Shown here piece by piece: positions 41,990 to 52,227 of a DNA stretch of 64,000 bases. The stretch is from assembly GCA_948471525.1 (NCBI GenBank), contig CAOKSY010000003.1, positions 15,265-79,264 on the forward strand. Reading direction: 5' to 3'. The notes below the pieces were generated by a model. It was not told the DNA's origin and ran no database searches. It was given only the letters and a program-made list of their open reading frames with translations. A program made the position numbers and the translations under genes. Origin of the DNA: an uncultured Clostridia bacterium (GTDB lineage: Bacteria > Bacillota > Clostridia > Christensenellales > UBA3700). The number at the start of each line of letters is the position of its first letter. Position 1 is the stretch's first letter.

Positions 41990-42248
41990 AAAACCTCCAA
42001 TATATTTTTTATAATCACAGCTTCGTTAAAACGAAGTTTTTAATATTATACTCTTTTTGTTTTGATTGCGCAACCTTTTTATCTCATAATCCGACATCGA
42101 TCTGCGCATACCTTGGCAGTATACGATAGGCGGAAAATTTATTGAAGATATTAGCCGACCCAGTGCTTATTTTGCGATAAATTATTCTCTGAGATTGCTT
42201 TTTGAGAAAAAAAGTATTATGATAATATAAAAACAACGGAGGTAATAT

Positions 42249-42677
42249 ATGGATATAGATTTTTTTAAAAAAGAAAAAGTCGTAAAGATGAAGGAAAAAG
42301 ACAAAGACGCGGTGTCCGCTCTAAACGTCATAATAAATAAGATAATGCTGGCGTCTATCGAAAAACGCGCCAAAGGCGAAACCTTGGTCGAAAGCGACGT
42401 GCTGTCTCTTCTTCAAAAAACTGAAAAAGAACTGATAGAAGAAAAGAGCGGCTATGAAAAAGCCGGAGCAAATTATCTCGATAAAGTCGAAAGTCTGGAC
42501 AATCAGATAAAGACTATAAAGAGTTATCTTCCCCAACTTATGACCCAAGAAGAGATCAAGGCGGTAATACTCTCTCTTGAGGACAGATCGGTGCCTGCGG
42601 TAATGAAACATTTCAAGACGAATTATGCCGGCAAATGCGATATGAAGACGGTCAACGAGACGCTTAGACAGCTTTAA
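42249..42677 (+). CDS. yqeY: GatB/YqeY domain protein
   Basis: 142 aa. ...MKEKDKDAVSALNVIINKI... and ...IKSYLPQLMTQEEIKAVI... match the YqeY pattern. RBS is ACGGAGG. Confidence 0.75.
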   Translation: MDIDFFKKEKVVKMKEKDKDAVSALNVIINKIMLASIEKRAKGETLVESDVLSLLQKTEKELIEEKSGYEKAGANYLDKVESLDNQIKTIKSYLPQLMTQEEIKAVILSLEDRSVPAVMKHFKTNYAGKCDMKTVNETLRQL

Positions 42678-42703
42678 TGATCAAATAAATACCAAAATCA
42701 AAC

Positions 42704-42736
42704 GTGACGGAATTCAAAACTCCGTCACATTATTTT
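42704..42736 (+). terminator. terminator between convergent yqeY and spmB
   Basis: GTGACGGA-ATTCAAAAC-TCCGTCAC, then ATTATTTT. The 3' arm overlaps the spmB stop codon. Confidence 0.6.
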
Positions 42737-43231
42737 ACATATAAGACACGCCATTACCGCGCCGAAATAACAGGCAAACAGAGATATCGGTATGGCATAA
42801 CGAAGTCTCTTGACCTTTGTGGTAGAAAAGTAAACAGTACCGACGTAGAAGACCGTTTCGCTCGCGCCCACTATTACCGAAGCGCATCTTGCAATATAGC
42901 TGTCCGCGCCGTGCGTCTTATATATTCCTTCCAACAGAGCAAGCGAACCGTTGCCCGAAAGCGGACGGATAATCAGCAATTCGCACAACTCGTCGGGTAT
43001 CCCCAACACTGTAAGCACGGGGGACATTATCTTTGCAAGATAAGAGTTTAGACCGCTGAGCGAAAACAGTTCGACGGCAATGAGCACTGCGCATATATAA
43101 GGAAAAATAGAAAGTATCAGCGATATGCTCTCTTTGCTGCCCTTGACGAAGTTGTCGTATACCGGCACTTTTTTTATAAACGCCCAGAGTATAATAATGA
43201 ATATAAACGCGGGAAGTATGTACTTGCTCAT
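42725..43231 (-). CDS. spmB: spore maturation protein B (nucleoside-recognition/Gate domain)
   Basis: MSKYILPAFIFIIILWAF... The start is trimmed to ATG 43231, which overlaps the spmA stop. Paired with spmA. Confidence 0.8.
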   Translation of the reverse strand: MSKYILPAFIFIIILWAFIKKVPVYDNFVKGSKESISLILSIFPYICAVLIAVELFSLSGLNSYLAKIMSPVLTVLGIPDELCELLIIRPLSGNGSLALLEGIYKTHGADSYIARCASVIVGASETVFYVGTVYFSTTKVKRLRYAIPISLFACYFGAVMACLICKIM

Positions 43232-43860
43232 TTCTTTACGCTCCCCGTCTTTGCTCCTGCAAAAAGCGGCTGTCTCGGCATATCGCTCTCCCGCTCTTTT
43301 TCTTTTTTTGTAAACTTGGCGCATATCTTTGCCAATATTACTCCCGTAACGGTGGAGATTACCGTCGCGATAAGCGAGGGAAGAATTATATCCGACGCTG
43401 AGTTACTGCCCGCCGCCGCGCGCAATCCTATTATCGTAGCCGGAATAAGCTGTATAGACGTAGAATTGACGACCATAAAAAGTATCATATTGTCGGTCGC
43501 TTTTTCGCTGCCGTCCTGCATACACTCCATCGCCTTTATTCCGAGCGGAGTCGCCGCCCCGCCCATACCCAGAAGATTGGCGGAAAAATTGAGCGTAATG
43601 TATTCCAAAGCAAGATCGCTTTCGCCTTTGAATAGCCGCTTTGTGATAGGCTTGAATATCCTGTTCATCGCTCGGTTGAGACCTATGCCCTCCATAAGCG
43701 ACAGCACCGACAGCCATATGGCGTATATCGCGATCAGCGTAAACGCAAGTTTCAACGCGGAACTCGCGCCGCTTATCATTATGGAAAAGGCGCTCTCCGG
43801 AGATACTACTATCAGCATTACAAGCGACACCAAAATCATAATAGCGAATACGAAATTCAT
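43228..43860 (-). CDS. spmA: spore maturation protein A
   Basis: 210 aa. ...LLGMGGAATPLGIKAME...NSTSIQLIPATIIGLRAAAGS is colinear with B. subtilis SpmA as recalled. Confidence 0.85.
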   Translation of the reverse strand: MNFVFAIMILVSLVMLIVVSPESAFSIMISGASSALKLAFTLIAIYAIWLSVLSLMEGIGLNRAMNRIFKPITKRLFKGESDLALEYITLNFSANLLGMGGAATPLGIKAMECMQDGSEKATDNMILFMVVNSTSIQLIPATIIGLRAAAGSNSASDIILPSLIATVISTVTGVILAKICAKFTKKEKERESDMPRQPLFAGAKTGSVKK

Positions 43861-43927
43861 ATCAAAAAACTCCCATACTCAATAGTATGAGAGTCGTTTG
43901 ACGTTTATAACTATCTCGGTCAAGCCG

Positions 43928-45463
43928 TTATTCTATCTCCGAGAAAAACTCCTCTGTCGCTTCTATAGTGACAGAGATCTTTTGGATAGTCTGATTACCC
44001 GTAGAAGGTTGGCTCGGATCGGTGACGTCTGTTCCGTCGGTCGGCTCGATCGGTTCGGTAGGAGGTAATTCTTCTTCGACTACTCGCACTACGTTTACGA
44101 CGATCGTATCGCCTATGCGGACTTTGAGCATAGCGTCGATAAACGTGAAGGTGCGTTCTATCTTATACTCTATTCCGTTGATCGAAATAGACTTGACTAC
44201 GTCGCCCTCGAGCAATTTGCCGTCTGCCGCGCCGCCTGCTGTGACATTCGATATCGCCACGTCTTCGACTATCTTGACGGAAAGAGTATTGGCGTCGTAG
44301 ACCGCTCTCGAAGATTCAACGGTCAGGCTCACTCCCAAAGTGATCCTGCTGAGCTTTTTGCTTTCCGCATCTTCTTTATCGCAGTTGTCGATTATGCTGT
44401 CGGCTACTGCCGTAGCTATATTACTGGGTATAGCATATCCCATATTTTCGATAGCCGTCGAATTGGATTTTGCATTGACGATACCGATAAGTCTTCCTTG
44501 AGAATCGAACAGTCCGCCGCCGCTATTGCCGGAATTGATCGCGGCGTCTACTCTGATAACTCTGTGCGAAGATCTTTTAGCGTTGATTCCCGTACCGTCA
44601 GCCACGGTGATGACTTCGCTGTCTACGCTGATCACGCCTTTCGTAACAGAAATGCCCTGCGCAGCCGCATTTCCTATCGCCATAACTTCGCTGCCTACGG
44701 TCAAATTGTCCGAATTCTCTACTGCGACTTGTTTTGCCGCGCTATCCTTTATAACATCGTTTTCTTTGATCTTAAGCACCGCTATATCGTAGGTGAACGA
44801 ACCGCCAACGTATTGCGCAGCGATAGCGTCCATTTCGTTCTGAGTGCCGTAAAGATAAACGTAGATATCGTTTATAATTCCGTCGGTTGCGGTCTCTTTT
44901 GTTGCCGAATCGTTTGCCACCACGTGATAATTGGTAATGATATAAGCTTCGCCGATCTCTTTATTTAACTTATAAATCACGCCCGAACCGTTGCTGACAG
45001 CAGAAATCTCTTGCTCTGGTTGGAATAGCGTACCCCCGGTAATATATTTGTAATACGCCATTATTTTTACCGATGCAAGCAATGCGTCGCTGACGTTGAC
45101 GGTCTCTCCGTTGATATCGAGCGAAAGATATTCTTTGAGGAAAGCGAGAAAATCCCCTTTGAATCCGTTCTCTACAGCTTTATTATACAGATCTTCGACG
45201 CTGACGTCCTGACCGTCAATACCGTTCCAACCGTTGACGCCGTCTTTGCCGTCCTCTCCGTCCTTGCCCGGCGCGCCGGTTTCGCCGTCGATACCGTCCG
45301 CTCCTTTAAGACTTTCAAGCCATTCTTCCAAAGTACCTTTAAAGCCGTTCTGTACGGCAAGATCGTATGCGGAAAGTCCTTTGTTGTCGCATGCGACGGC
45401 AAAGGCGCAGAATACTATCAGTATAAGACATACGGATATAAGCGCAATACTTTTCTTTTTCAT
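43928..45463 (-). CDS. trypsin-like serine protease (HtrA/S1C-like) lipoprotein with N-terminal collagen-like G-X-Y repeat
   Basis: 511 aa with a lipobox (CAFAVAC), 11 consecutive G-X-Y triplets (GADGIDGETGAPGKDGEDGKDGVNGWNGIDGQD), the catalytic Ser motif GNSGGGLFD and a PDZ-like C-terminus. Confidence 0.8.
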   Translation of the reverse strand: MKKKSIALISVCLILIVFCAFAVACDNKGLSAYDLAVQNGFKGTLEEWLESLKGADGIDGETGAPGKDGEDGKDGVNGWNGIDGQDVSVEDLYNKAVENGFKGDFLAFLKEYLSLDINGETVNVSDALLASVKIMAYYKYITGGTLFQPEQEISAVSNGSGVIYKLNKEIGEAYIITNYHVVANDSATKETATDGIINDIYVYLYGTQNEMDAIAAQYVGGSFTYDIAVLKIKENDVIKDSAAKQVAVENSDNLTVGSEVMAIGNAAAQGISVTKGVISVDSEVITVADGTGINAKRSSHRVIRVDAAINSGNSGGGLFDSQGRLIGIVNAKSNSTAIENMGYAIPSNIATAVADSIIDNCDKEDAESKKLSRITLGVSLTVESSRAVYDANTLSVKIVEDVAISNVTAGGAADGKLLEGDVVKSISINGIEYKIERTFTFIDAMLKVRIGDTIVVNVVRVVEEELPPTEPIEPTDGTDVTDPSQPSTGNQTIQKISVTIEATEEFFSEIE

Positions 45464-45587
45464 ATTTACCTCTCAATTCCGCCGCGGCGCGGCGATACCG
45501 AATTTGTTTCCCTTATTATAATACGTATAAATAAATTATATATTAAAATCCTTATGATTACAAAGTAAAATTCGAGAAATTATTTTG

Positions 45588-46790
45588 TCAATTTTTCTTT
45601 ATTTTTCCCAAAAGACACCTCGTCTCGCCCTTTTCGATGACCAATCCGCAATAGTTGCACATCACGCAAAGACTCTTGTCCGACTTACCTTCCTTGAGTT
45701 TTTTTGCAAAATTCGGCTCGCAAATAAACGGTCTGCACATAGACACGGCTTTTATTCCGCCGTCCAAAGCCTTCTGCATATCTCCCCGCTCGGCAATTCC
45801 GCCTACTAGTATAAGGTCTATATCTATATTTTCCTTTATCGCCATAGCGGCGGGATAGTTGAACATAGTCAGCGGTTTTGGCTGAGGTATCAGCGGATTG
45901 ATAAGTTTTGCGCAAGCAAGACAAAATTTATTGAGAGCTTTGGGCATACTCGCGACAGGTTCCCTGTATTTAAACACCGCGTCCATCGGCAATCGCTTGG
46001 AACGCATCGTATTCATACCGTCCTGCACGCTGCCGCACGAGACTTCTATAGCGTCGACGCCGTATTCCTTAAGTCTTTTGCATACCTCTATCGCATAAGG
46101 TATCCGCATTCCGCGCCGTCTCTTATCGGTAGCGGAAAGTTTAACCCATATTGGAAAATCGCCGACTTTTTCCCTCGCCTTTGCAAGTATCTCTTTGATT
46201 ATGCGCAGTCTGCCGTCGATATCTTTACCGTAACCGTCCTTGCGCCTGTTTCCGTTGGGCGATATAAAATCGTGCAGAAGATAACCGTGCGCCAAGTGTA
46301 TCTGCGCGCCGTCAAATCCGTACTCCTTTGCCTTTGCAATCGAATCGGCAAAAGCGTCTTCGACGCGAATTATCTCCTCTTCCGTCATTGCTCTCGCCTT
46401 ATCGGGATAGAACAGATGACGTTTTGCGCTCGGAGCGATTTTTTTCATACCTATCGTTTTGCTCGACGTCTGTCTGCCGCAATGCGCAAGTTGAGCGATG
46501 ATAGGCGTGCCGTGAGCGTGCACCGCCTCGGTCAATTTTATATATTTTTCTCTAGCAGAATCATTGTAAAAGGTAAGACATCTGGGATATGACGAACTTC
46601 CCTCTTCGCTTACTATAGCGTATCCGGCGATTATACATCCCACTTCGTTTTTTGCCATAAAAGCGTATTTTGAAATAAGTTTTTCGCCGGGGCCGCCGTC
46701 TTCGTCCGCCAATCCGTCGTGAGTCGCCGAACGAATTATTCTGTTTTTAAGTCTTACTTTTCCCACTTCGCAGGATTCGAATATTTCCAT
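45588..46790 (-). CDS. NADH:flavin oxidoreductase (Old Yellow Enzyme family) with C-terminal Cys motif
   Basis: 400 aa. ...LKNRIIRSATHDG...AQLAHCGRQ...GFDGAQIHLAHGYLLHDFISP... indicates an OYE TIM barrel. The C-terminus carries CRPFICEP...CVMCNYCG. Confidence 0.8.
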   Translation of the reverse strand: MEIFESCEVGKVRLKNRIIRSATHDGLADEDGGPGEKLISKYAFMAKNEVGCIIAGYAIVSEEGSSSYPRCLTFYNDSAREKYIKLTEAVHAHGTPIIAQLAHCGRQTSSKTIGMKKIAPSAKRHLFYPDKARAMTEEEIIRVEDAFADSIAKAKEYGFDGAQIHLAHGYLLHDFISPNGNRRKDGYGKDIDGRLRIIKEILAKAREKVGDFPIWVKLSATDKRRRGMRIPYAIEVCKRLKEYGVDAIEVSCGSVQDGMNTMRSKRLPMDAVFKYREPVASMPKALNKFCLACAKLINPLIPQPKPLTMFNYPAAMAIKENIDIDLILVGGIAERGDMQKALDGGIKAVSMCRPFICEPNFAKKLKEGKSDKSLCVMCNYCGLVIEKGETRCLLGKIKKN

Positions 46791-46798
46791 AAATGCTC

Positions 46799-48424
46799 CT
46801 ATTTTTCTATTACTTGTGAATTTACAGACTCAACTTTTAAAGGTCTGCTAGACGAATTATTTTCCAATACTACGCCGTCTGCGGACTTGAAATAAAATCC
46901 GCCTTGATCTCCGCTCTCTATGACGTTGTCGAAAATATGTATATTTTTATGCACCGCGCCTCTATGCGCTCTGTTTTCGGGTAATACCTGCGCCGTATAA
47001 CCTATACATCTTCCAAAACGGTTGCGCGCTATTTCCACGTCCGAAACGGATCCGCTCTCATACCAATTTTTTGCGTCGTCGGAAATGAGGATCGAATGCA
47101 TGGACGTGCTGTCGAAATCATTGTCGCAAATGCGTATCTTACCGCCCGACGTGACCAGTACTCCTCTGGTAATTATCCTTGTCATCTTGTTGTGCGAAAA
47201 ATCCAGATCGGCAATCGCGGATTTATTTTCTATCGCCATACCTACGCTTGCGCCCTCGATTTTATCCAATCTCAACCGTATGGTATATTCATTCTCAAGA
47301 TTGGCTTCGAGGATCTTCGCCCTCGAACTTTCCAACAGCGTATCCGTATCGACAAACGCTATCTCATCGCCCGATCTCAACGGATTAAAGCCGTGCGTCT
47401 GAGGATGGGAAAATTTGACAGATACGCCGTCAGCGTGTAACTTCGAGATCAAAAAATGTATTCCGTGAACGTTGAGACAGTCATCGCCCGCGCCAGCAAA
47501 ATAATTGTTTTTTATCGCTATTTCTCCGCGACAGGAGCAAAAGTGCAAAAAATCCGCAGCCGAGGCTATAAGTTTACCGCTGCCGTCTTCGGGAGCGAAT
47601 ATGCTGTCCGTGAGCGACACTCCTTCGCTATCTTGGCAGACAAGCGCGAGACCGTAATTGAAATGCTGCGAGATTTTGTCAAGCACTACGTCTTTACATC
47701 TATCGATCGCTATTCCGCAACAGTCGCGTCGATGGTCGTATACGTAAAACCTGTCGCCGACTGCAAATCTCGACGTAGAGAGATAATATGCTCTGATCTT
47801 ATTGCCGTCTAATCTTTTGAGACAAAAAGACGCGTTGAGCGGATGCGCTGTACGCCACGTGGAATCCTTATCTCTGTCCTCGATCTTTGCAATCCATCTA
47901 GCCGTGTTTTTAAATTTTTCCAACGGCGTAACGTAACCGTCGCCTACAAAACAGTACTTGCCAGATATCTTTTTGACTTGACTTTCCTCATCTATATCGA
48001 AATCTATATGATTTCGACCTTTGGACAGCACTTTGAACTCGTGCATATCGGGATTGCGGACGATTATCTTAAGATTTGTCAATCTCACGTTTTGACACGC
48101 TATGATTACGGCGTTGCTCATCTTGCCGCTCATTACGAATATACTGCCGCCGCCGTCTACGGTAATGTCTTTGACGTTTTCCAACCATATTGCCGCGCGG
48201 TGCAAATGAGGCACTTCGCCTCTTTTCCACTCTTTATCGCCTACCGTATTCGTGATAAAAAGTCTGCGCGAATACGCGTCGGACGCATTGAAATAATATT
48301 CTCCTCTTTCAAACAACAAAGTCTTTTCGCCGTCTTTTTTTGCAAGTTGACGCAAAGCGTTCTGCAAAGATACAGTGATATCTTCGCCCGCTTTTATACC
48401 GAAATCTCTTACGTTGTATATCAT
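46799..48424 (-). CDS. right-handed parallel beta-helix (pectate-lyase-fold) protein, probable glycoside hydrolase
   Basis: 541 aa. MIYNVRDFGIKAGEDITVSLQNAL... is the typical N-terminus of beta-helix glycosidases, with repetitive ...I.I.N... strands. No signal peptide. Confidence 0.6.
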   Translation of the reverse strand: MIYNVRDFGIKAGEDITVSLQNALRQLAKKDGEKTLLFERGEYYFNASDAYSRRLFITNTVGDKEWKRGEVPHLHRAAIWLENVKDITVDGGGSIFVMSGKMSNAVIIACQNVRLTNLKIIVRNPDMHEFKVLSKGRNHIDFDIDEESQVKKISGKYCFVGDGYVTPLEKFKNTARWIAKIEDRDKDSTWRTAHPLNASFCLKRLDGNKIRAYYLSTSRFAVGDRFYVYDHRRDCCGIAIDRCKDVVLDKISQHFNYGLALVCQDSEGVSLTDSIFAPEDGSGKLIASAADFLHFCSCRGEIAIKNNYFAGAGDDCLNVHGIHFLISKLHADGVSVKFSHPQTHGFNPLRSGDEIAFVDTDTLLESSRAKILEANLENEYTIRLRLDKIEGASVGMAIENKSAIADLDFSHNKMTRIITRGVLVTSGGKIRICDNDFDSTSMHSILISDDAKNWYESGSVSDVEIARNRFGRCIGYTAQVLPENRAHRGAVHKNIHIFDNVIESGDQGGFYFKSADGVVLENNSSSRPLKVESVNSQVIEK

Positions 48425-48433
48425 AAAAACTCC

Positions 48434-49015
48434 CTACTTGATGACTTTATAATCTTCAAATCCCAACATTACTATCTGTCCGATTATCTCGGTGAGTTCC
48501 GAAAGACTGACTTCAAGCCTGCCTTTGAATACGTCCTCGAACATATTGGCAAATCCGTTGGTATAAAATCTTACCTTCAACGCGAAAATATCGGTGTCTT
48601 TTATATGACTGATCTTGGAATTGTTCTCTATGACTATCTTGATAAAAAACTCTTTGAGTTTGTCGATAAAGTGATCGCCCACCTTGGCGCAAATAAGCCG
48701 TCTGTAAAACTCGAAATCCTTTTGAAGATATTTCGTTATATTACGCAAAAATGGCGTGGGATTTTCTATTATGCTGTCTTTATAAGATGAAAAAAAGAAG
48801 AGTATCTGCTCTGATACGTCCTTTTCTATCTCTTCGAGCACGTCTACGGTATTTCTATAATGCGCATAAAAAGTACCTCTGTTCAACCCCGCGCGATTGA
48901 CTATTTCCGTAACCGTTATCTTTTCAAAATCTTTTTTTTGAAGTAGTTCGCTGAATGCGTTCTTAATAAGTTTTTTAGACTTGAGCGCGCTCTTGTACTG
49001 TGTCCTGTCTTCCAT
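48434..49015 (-). CDS. TetR/AcrR-family transcriptional regulator
   Basis: HTH region FEKITVTEIVNRAGLNRGTFYAHY. The start is ATG 49015. It is the first gene of the tetR / beta-helix / OYE string. Confidence 0.85.
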   Translation of the reverse strand: MEDRTQYKSALKSKKLIKNAFSELLQKKDFEKITVTEIVNRAGLNRGTFYAHYRNTVDVLEEIEKDVSEQILFFFSSYKDSIIENPTPFLRNITKYLQKDFEFYRRLICAKVGDHFIDKLKEFFIKIVIENNSKISHIKDTDIFALKVRFYTNGFANMFEDVFKGRLEVSLSELTEIIGQIVMLGFEDYKVIK

Positions 49016-49077
49016 ATACACCTCTTATCTTTTAAATTATATAATAGGCGCGGTCAAAAGTCAACACCTGTCCGACT

Positions 49078-49887
49078 TTAATCGATCGTCATAGCGACCT
49101 TGTATACTTCGTTTTTGGTAAGAGCGTTGAGCTTTGCCACTTGCTTTATCGCGCTCTTTTTATCGATACCCGAATCGATAAGCCGTCTGAGTTGTTCCTC
49201 GACTGTGCCGTCGGGCTTGTTCTCCTCAATATCCCCGCATTCGACTATAAGCACGTATTCTCCTCTCGCCTCGCCCTCTATGCCGCTAAGCAGAGTTGTT
49301 ACGATATGTTCCTCGTGAACTTTGGTGATCTCCCTAATAACGTGCACGATACGGTCTCCCAAGACGGTCGATAGATATTCGATATCCTTCTTGACGTCGT
49401 AAGGCGAACTGTAAAACACCAAAGACGTGCGAATGTTTTTAAACGGAGCGACCAAAGCTTCTCTGTCTTTGTTCTTGGGCGGCAAAAAACCGATAAATGT
49501 AAAGACAGGCTGACAGATGCCGCTCAATGCCATTGCCGAAGTGAGAGCCGTCGCGCCGGGAACGACGCTGATCTTGGCTCCTTTTTTCAGCAATATATCC
49601 ACTACCGCCGCTCCCGGGTCGGAGATCGCCGGCATACCCGCGTCGGTGATCAAAGCGACGTCTTTCCCTTCGCTCAGCAACGCGTAAATCTTATCCGCGC
49701 TGTCCTTTTCGTTGAATTTATGACAGGAAAACAACGGCTTTTTTATCTCGTAATGATTGAGAAGTTTGAGCGAATGACGCGTATCCTCGCACGCGATGCA
49801 ATCGACGCTCTTGAGAGTCTCGAGCGCTCTGAGACTTATATCCGCCAAATTACCTATCGGAGTTCCTATCAAATACAACGTGGACAT
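49078..49887 (-). CDS. rsmI: 16S rRNA (cytidine1402-2'-O)-methyltransferase
   Basis: LYLIGTPIGNLADISLRALETLKSVDCIACEDTRHS... is the canonical RsmI N-terminus. Confidence 0.9.
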   Translation of the reverse strand: MSTLYLIGTPIGNLADISLRALETLKSVDCIACEDTRHSLKLLNHYEIKKPLFSCHKFNEKDSADKIYALLSEGKDVALITDAGMPAISDPGAAVVDILLKKGAKISVVPGATALTSAMALSGICQPVFTFIGFLPPKNKDREALVAPFKNIRTSLVFYSSPYDVKKDIEYLSTVLGDRIVHVIREITKVHEEHIVTTLLSGIEGEARGEYVLIVECGDIEENKPDGTVEEQLRRLIDSGIDKKSAIKQVAKLNALTKNEVYKVAMTID

Positions 49888-50019
49888 AGGTATATGATAG
49901 CACGTTTTAAGCGATTTGTAAAGACAAGTCGAACGACTGAAGCGATGACATTATTTTGGCTTATAATGTTTACTCTTTGAAAATAATTGTGATATAATAT
50001 AAATACGGATATAAAATAT

Positions 50020-50754
50020 ATGAAAAAATACGGTAGAAAAATTCGCAATTCATCTATAGCCTTGTACGTATCGATAGCGCTGACGGTGCTTATCGTATTT
50101 TTTTCATTTTATTACGCTTACGGAAAATACTGCACTACTCTTATCTCGGACAAGCAGAAAAAAGCCGCCGCATACACTGTGAAAAACAAAACACAGGAAC
50201 ACGGAAAGATAGTATTCTACGGCGACTCTATCACAGAGATGTGCGATACCGATACGTACTACCCCGATCTGGATATCGTCAATCGCGGAATATCCGGAGA
50301 CACTACCGCAGGTATGTTGGAAAGACTTGAAAACAATCTGCTGTCCATAGAGCCCTCTACGGTTCTTTTTCTCGGAGGAATAAACGACGTGGACAAAAAC
50401 ATATCCGTTGAAGAGATAACAAACAACATAGAAAACATAGTCTCGCAGATAAAAACGCGGCTCCCCGAATGCAAAGTCATCGTTCAATCGGTGTATCCGG
50501 TAAATAAAGAAAAACTGCCGCGCTATCTCAATAAAGTCAACAACCGAGACAACGACAAAGTGCACGAAATAAATCAGCGTCTTCCGAGTATTTGCGAAAA
50601 GTACGGATGTCTTTATATCGATATAAATAAGATCCTCTCCGACGAGCAAGGCAATCTAAACTCCAGATATACGCGCGACGGACTGCATCTCACCAAAAAA
50701 GCATACTTCGCAATCTCTCACGTAATTACTCCGTATATCGCTCCGAGCGTATAA
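50020..50754 (+). CDS. membrane-anchored SGNH/GDSL hydrolase
   Basis: An N-terminal TM segment, followed by FYGDSITE, GISGDT, LGGINDV and DGLHLT blocks. Confidence 0.8.
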   Translation: MKKYGRKIRNSSIALYVSIALTVLIVFFSFYYAYGKYCTTLISDKQKKAAAYTVKNKTQEHGKIVFYGDSITEMCDTDTYYPDLDIVNRGISGDTTAGMLERLENNLLSIEPSTVLFLGGINDVDKNISVEEITNNIENIVSQIKTRLPECKVIVQSVYPVNKEKLPRYLNKVNNRDNDKVHEINQRLPSICEKYGCLYIDINKILSDEQGNLNSRYTRDGLHLTKKAYFAISHVITPYIAPSV

Positions 50755-50809
50755 AAATACTTTTAATACAATAAATTACCGCTCCGTGAGGAGCGGCTTT
50801 TGCTTTCGT

Positions 50810-52225
50810 TTAAGAGTGAGGATAAAACATTTTGACCGAGTAATTGTCGGAAATTACTTTCTTTATCTCATCCCGTCCGATCGCCCCCGACGAAATAAGC
50901 TGCGCCAACGCATTGCCCAGCGCGCTTGCCTCCGACGGACCTGCCGAAAGAGGGAGTCCCAATTCATCGGCAATAAGCGAGTTGAAATAGGCGTTGTTGG
51001 AGCCTCCGCCGATAACGTATATTTTACCGTACTCGCGTCCCGTAATTCTTTTCAACGACGTCAACGCTTCCGCGTACGTCTTCGCGAGCGATTTATATAC
51101 GCAAAGCGCGATCTCTCCCTCGCTCTTCAATTCTATACCCTGTCTTTCAAGCACGTAATTTTTTATTGCGTCCGCCATCGGACAAGGTCTTGCAAAAGCT
51201 TCGTCTCCTACGTCTATTACAGCGCCTTTGTCTGCTGCATTCGCGGCTAAGTCTGCTATATGCGCATAAGAAATATCTTTACCCTGTCCTATCCACTGGC
51301 GACGGCATTCCTGTATGAGCCACATTCCCATTATATTTCGCAAAAAACGCGTCTTGCCGTTATAGGCAAGTTCGTTGGTGTAGCCGCTTTCAAAGGCTTC
51401 TTTCGACGCGATAGGCGCGTCTTCGAGAGTGCCGAATAACGACCAAGTGCCGCTGCTGATATACAACGGATATTCCTCTTCGCAAGGTATTGCGGCGACA
51501 GCGCAAGCCGTGTCGTGACCCGCGACCGCTATCACCGGAAGGTCGTAAGTCAAACCGACTTTCTGCTTGGTCTTTTCATTGAGACAGGCTATCTTTTCTC
51601 CCGTAGCCGTTATCTTGGGGAAAAGACGCTTATCTATCCCCGCCGCATCTAAAAATTTATCGGAGAATCCGCTATTTTGCGTGAAAAAACCGCTCGTCGA
51701 CGCTATCGTCGGTTCGGCGACGGCAACTCCCGTCAGCATATATCCCAAAAGCTGAGGCATAAAAAGAATAGCGCCTACTTTACCGAAATCAATTCCCTCG
51801 CGCCTTCTCGCAATAAGCTGATAAGTCGTATTAAAATCATTGTCGGAAATACCCGAAAGAGAAAACAGCTCGCGAGCATATTTTCTCAAATCTCCACGCA
51901 CGGCGGAATGCGACGCGTCTCTGTAACAACGCGGATCGGAGATAACTTTGCCCTCTTTATCCACGAATCCTATATCAACGCCCCAGGTATCGATACCTAT
52001 CGAGTCGAGTCTTCCGAATCGGATGTCCGCTATGCTTATAGCCTTGCATATCTCCTCGTAAAGCATAGATAAATCCCAATAGAGTTTCCCGTCTTTTTCG
52101 ACTGCGCCGTTGGGAAAACGGTGCGCAATCTCTTCGCGAAGCGAGCCGTCTTTGTATTCGAAAACTATCCCTCTGCCCGAACTCGCGCCGAGATCTATCG
52201 CCAATACCCTCGTAATTTTGCCCAT
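50810..52225 (-). CDS. FGGY carbohydrate kinase (rhamnulokinase / L-fuculokinase-like)
   Basis: VLAIDLGASSGRGIVFEY... resembles the RhaB N-terminus. Its position after fucI and the aldolase suggests L-fuculose as substrate. The start is ATG 52225, 2 nt downstream of the aldolase stop codon (TGA 52228-52230). Confidence 0.8.
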   Translation of the reverse strand: MGKITRVLAIDLGASSGRGIVFEYKDGSLREEIAHRFPNGAVEKDGKLYWDLSMLYEEICKAISIADIRFGRLDSIGIDTWGVDIGFVDKEGKVISDPRCYRDASHSAVRGDLRKYARELFSLSGISDNDFNTTYQLIARRREGIDFGKVGAILFMPQLLGYMLTGVAVAEPTIASTSGFFTQNSGFSDKFLDAAGIDKRLFPKITATGEKIACLNEKTKQKVGLTYDLPVIAVAGHDTACAVAAIPCEEEYPLYISSGTWSLFGTLEDAPIASKEAFESGYTNELAYNGKTRFLRNIMGMWLIQECRRQWIGQGKDISYAHIADLAANAADKGAVIDVGDEAFARPCPMADAIKNYVLERQGIELKSEGEIALCVYKSLAKTYAEALTSLKRITGREYGKIYVIGGGSNNAYFNSLIADELGLPLSAGPSEASALGNALAQLISSGAIGRDEIKKVISDNYSVKMFYPHS

Positions 52226-52227
52226 GA

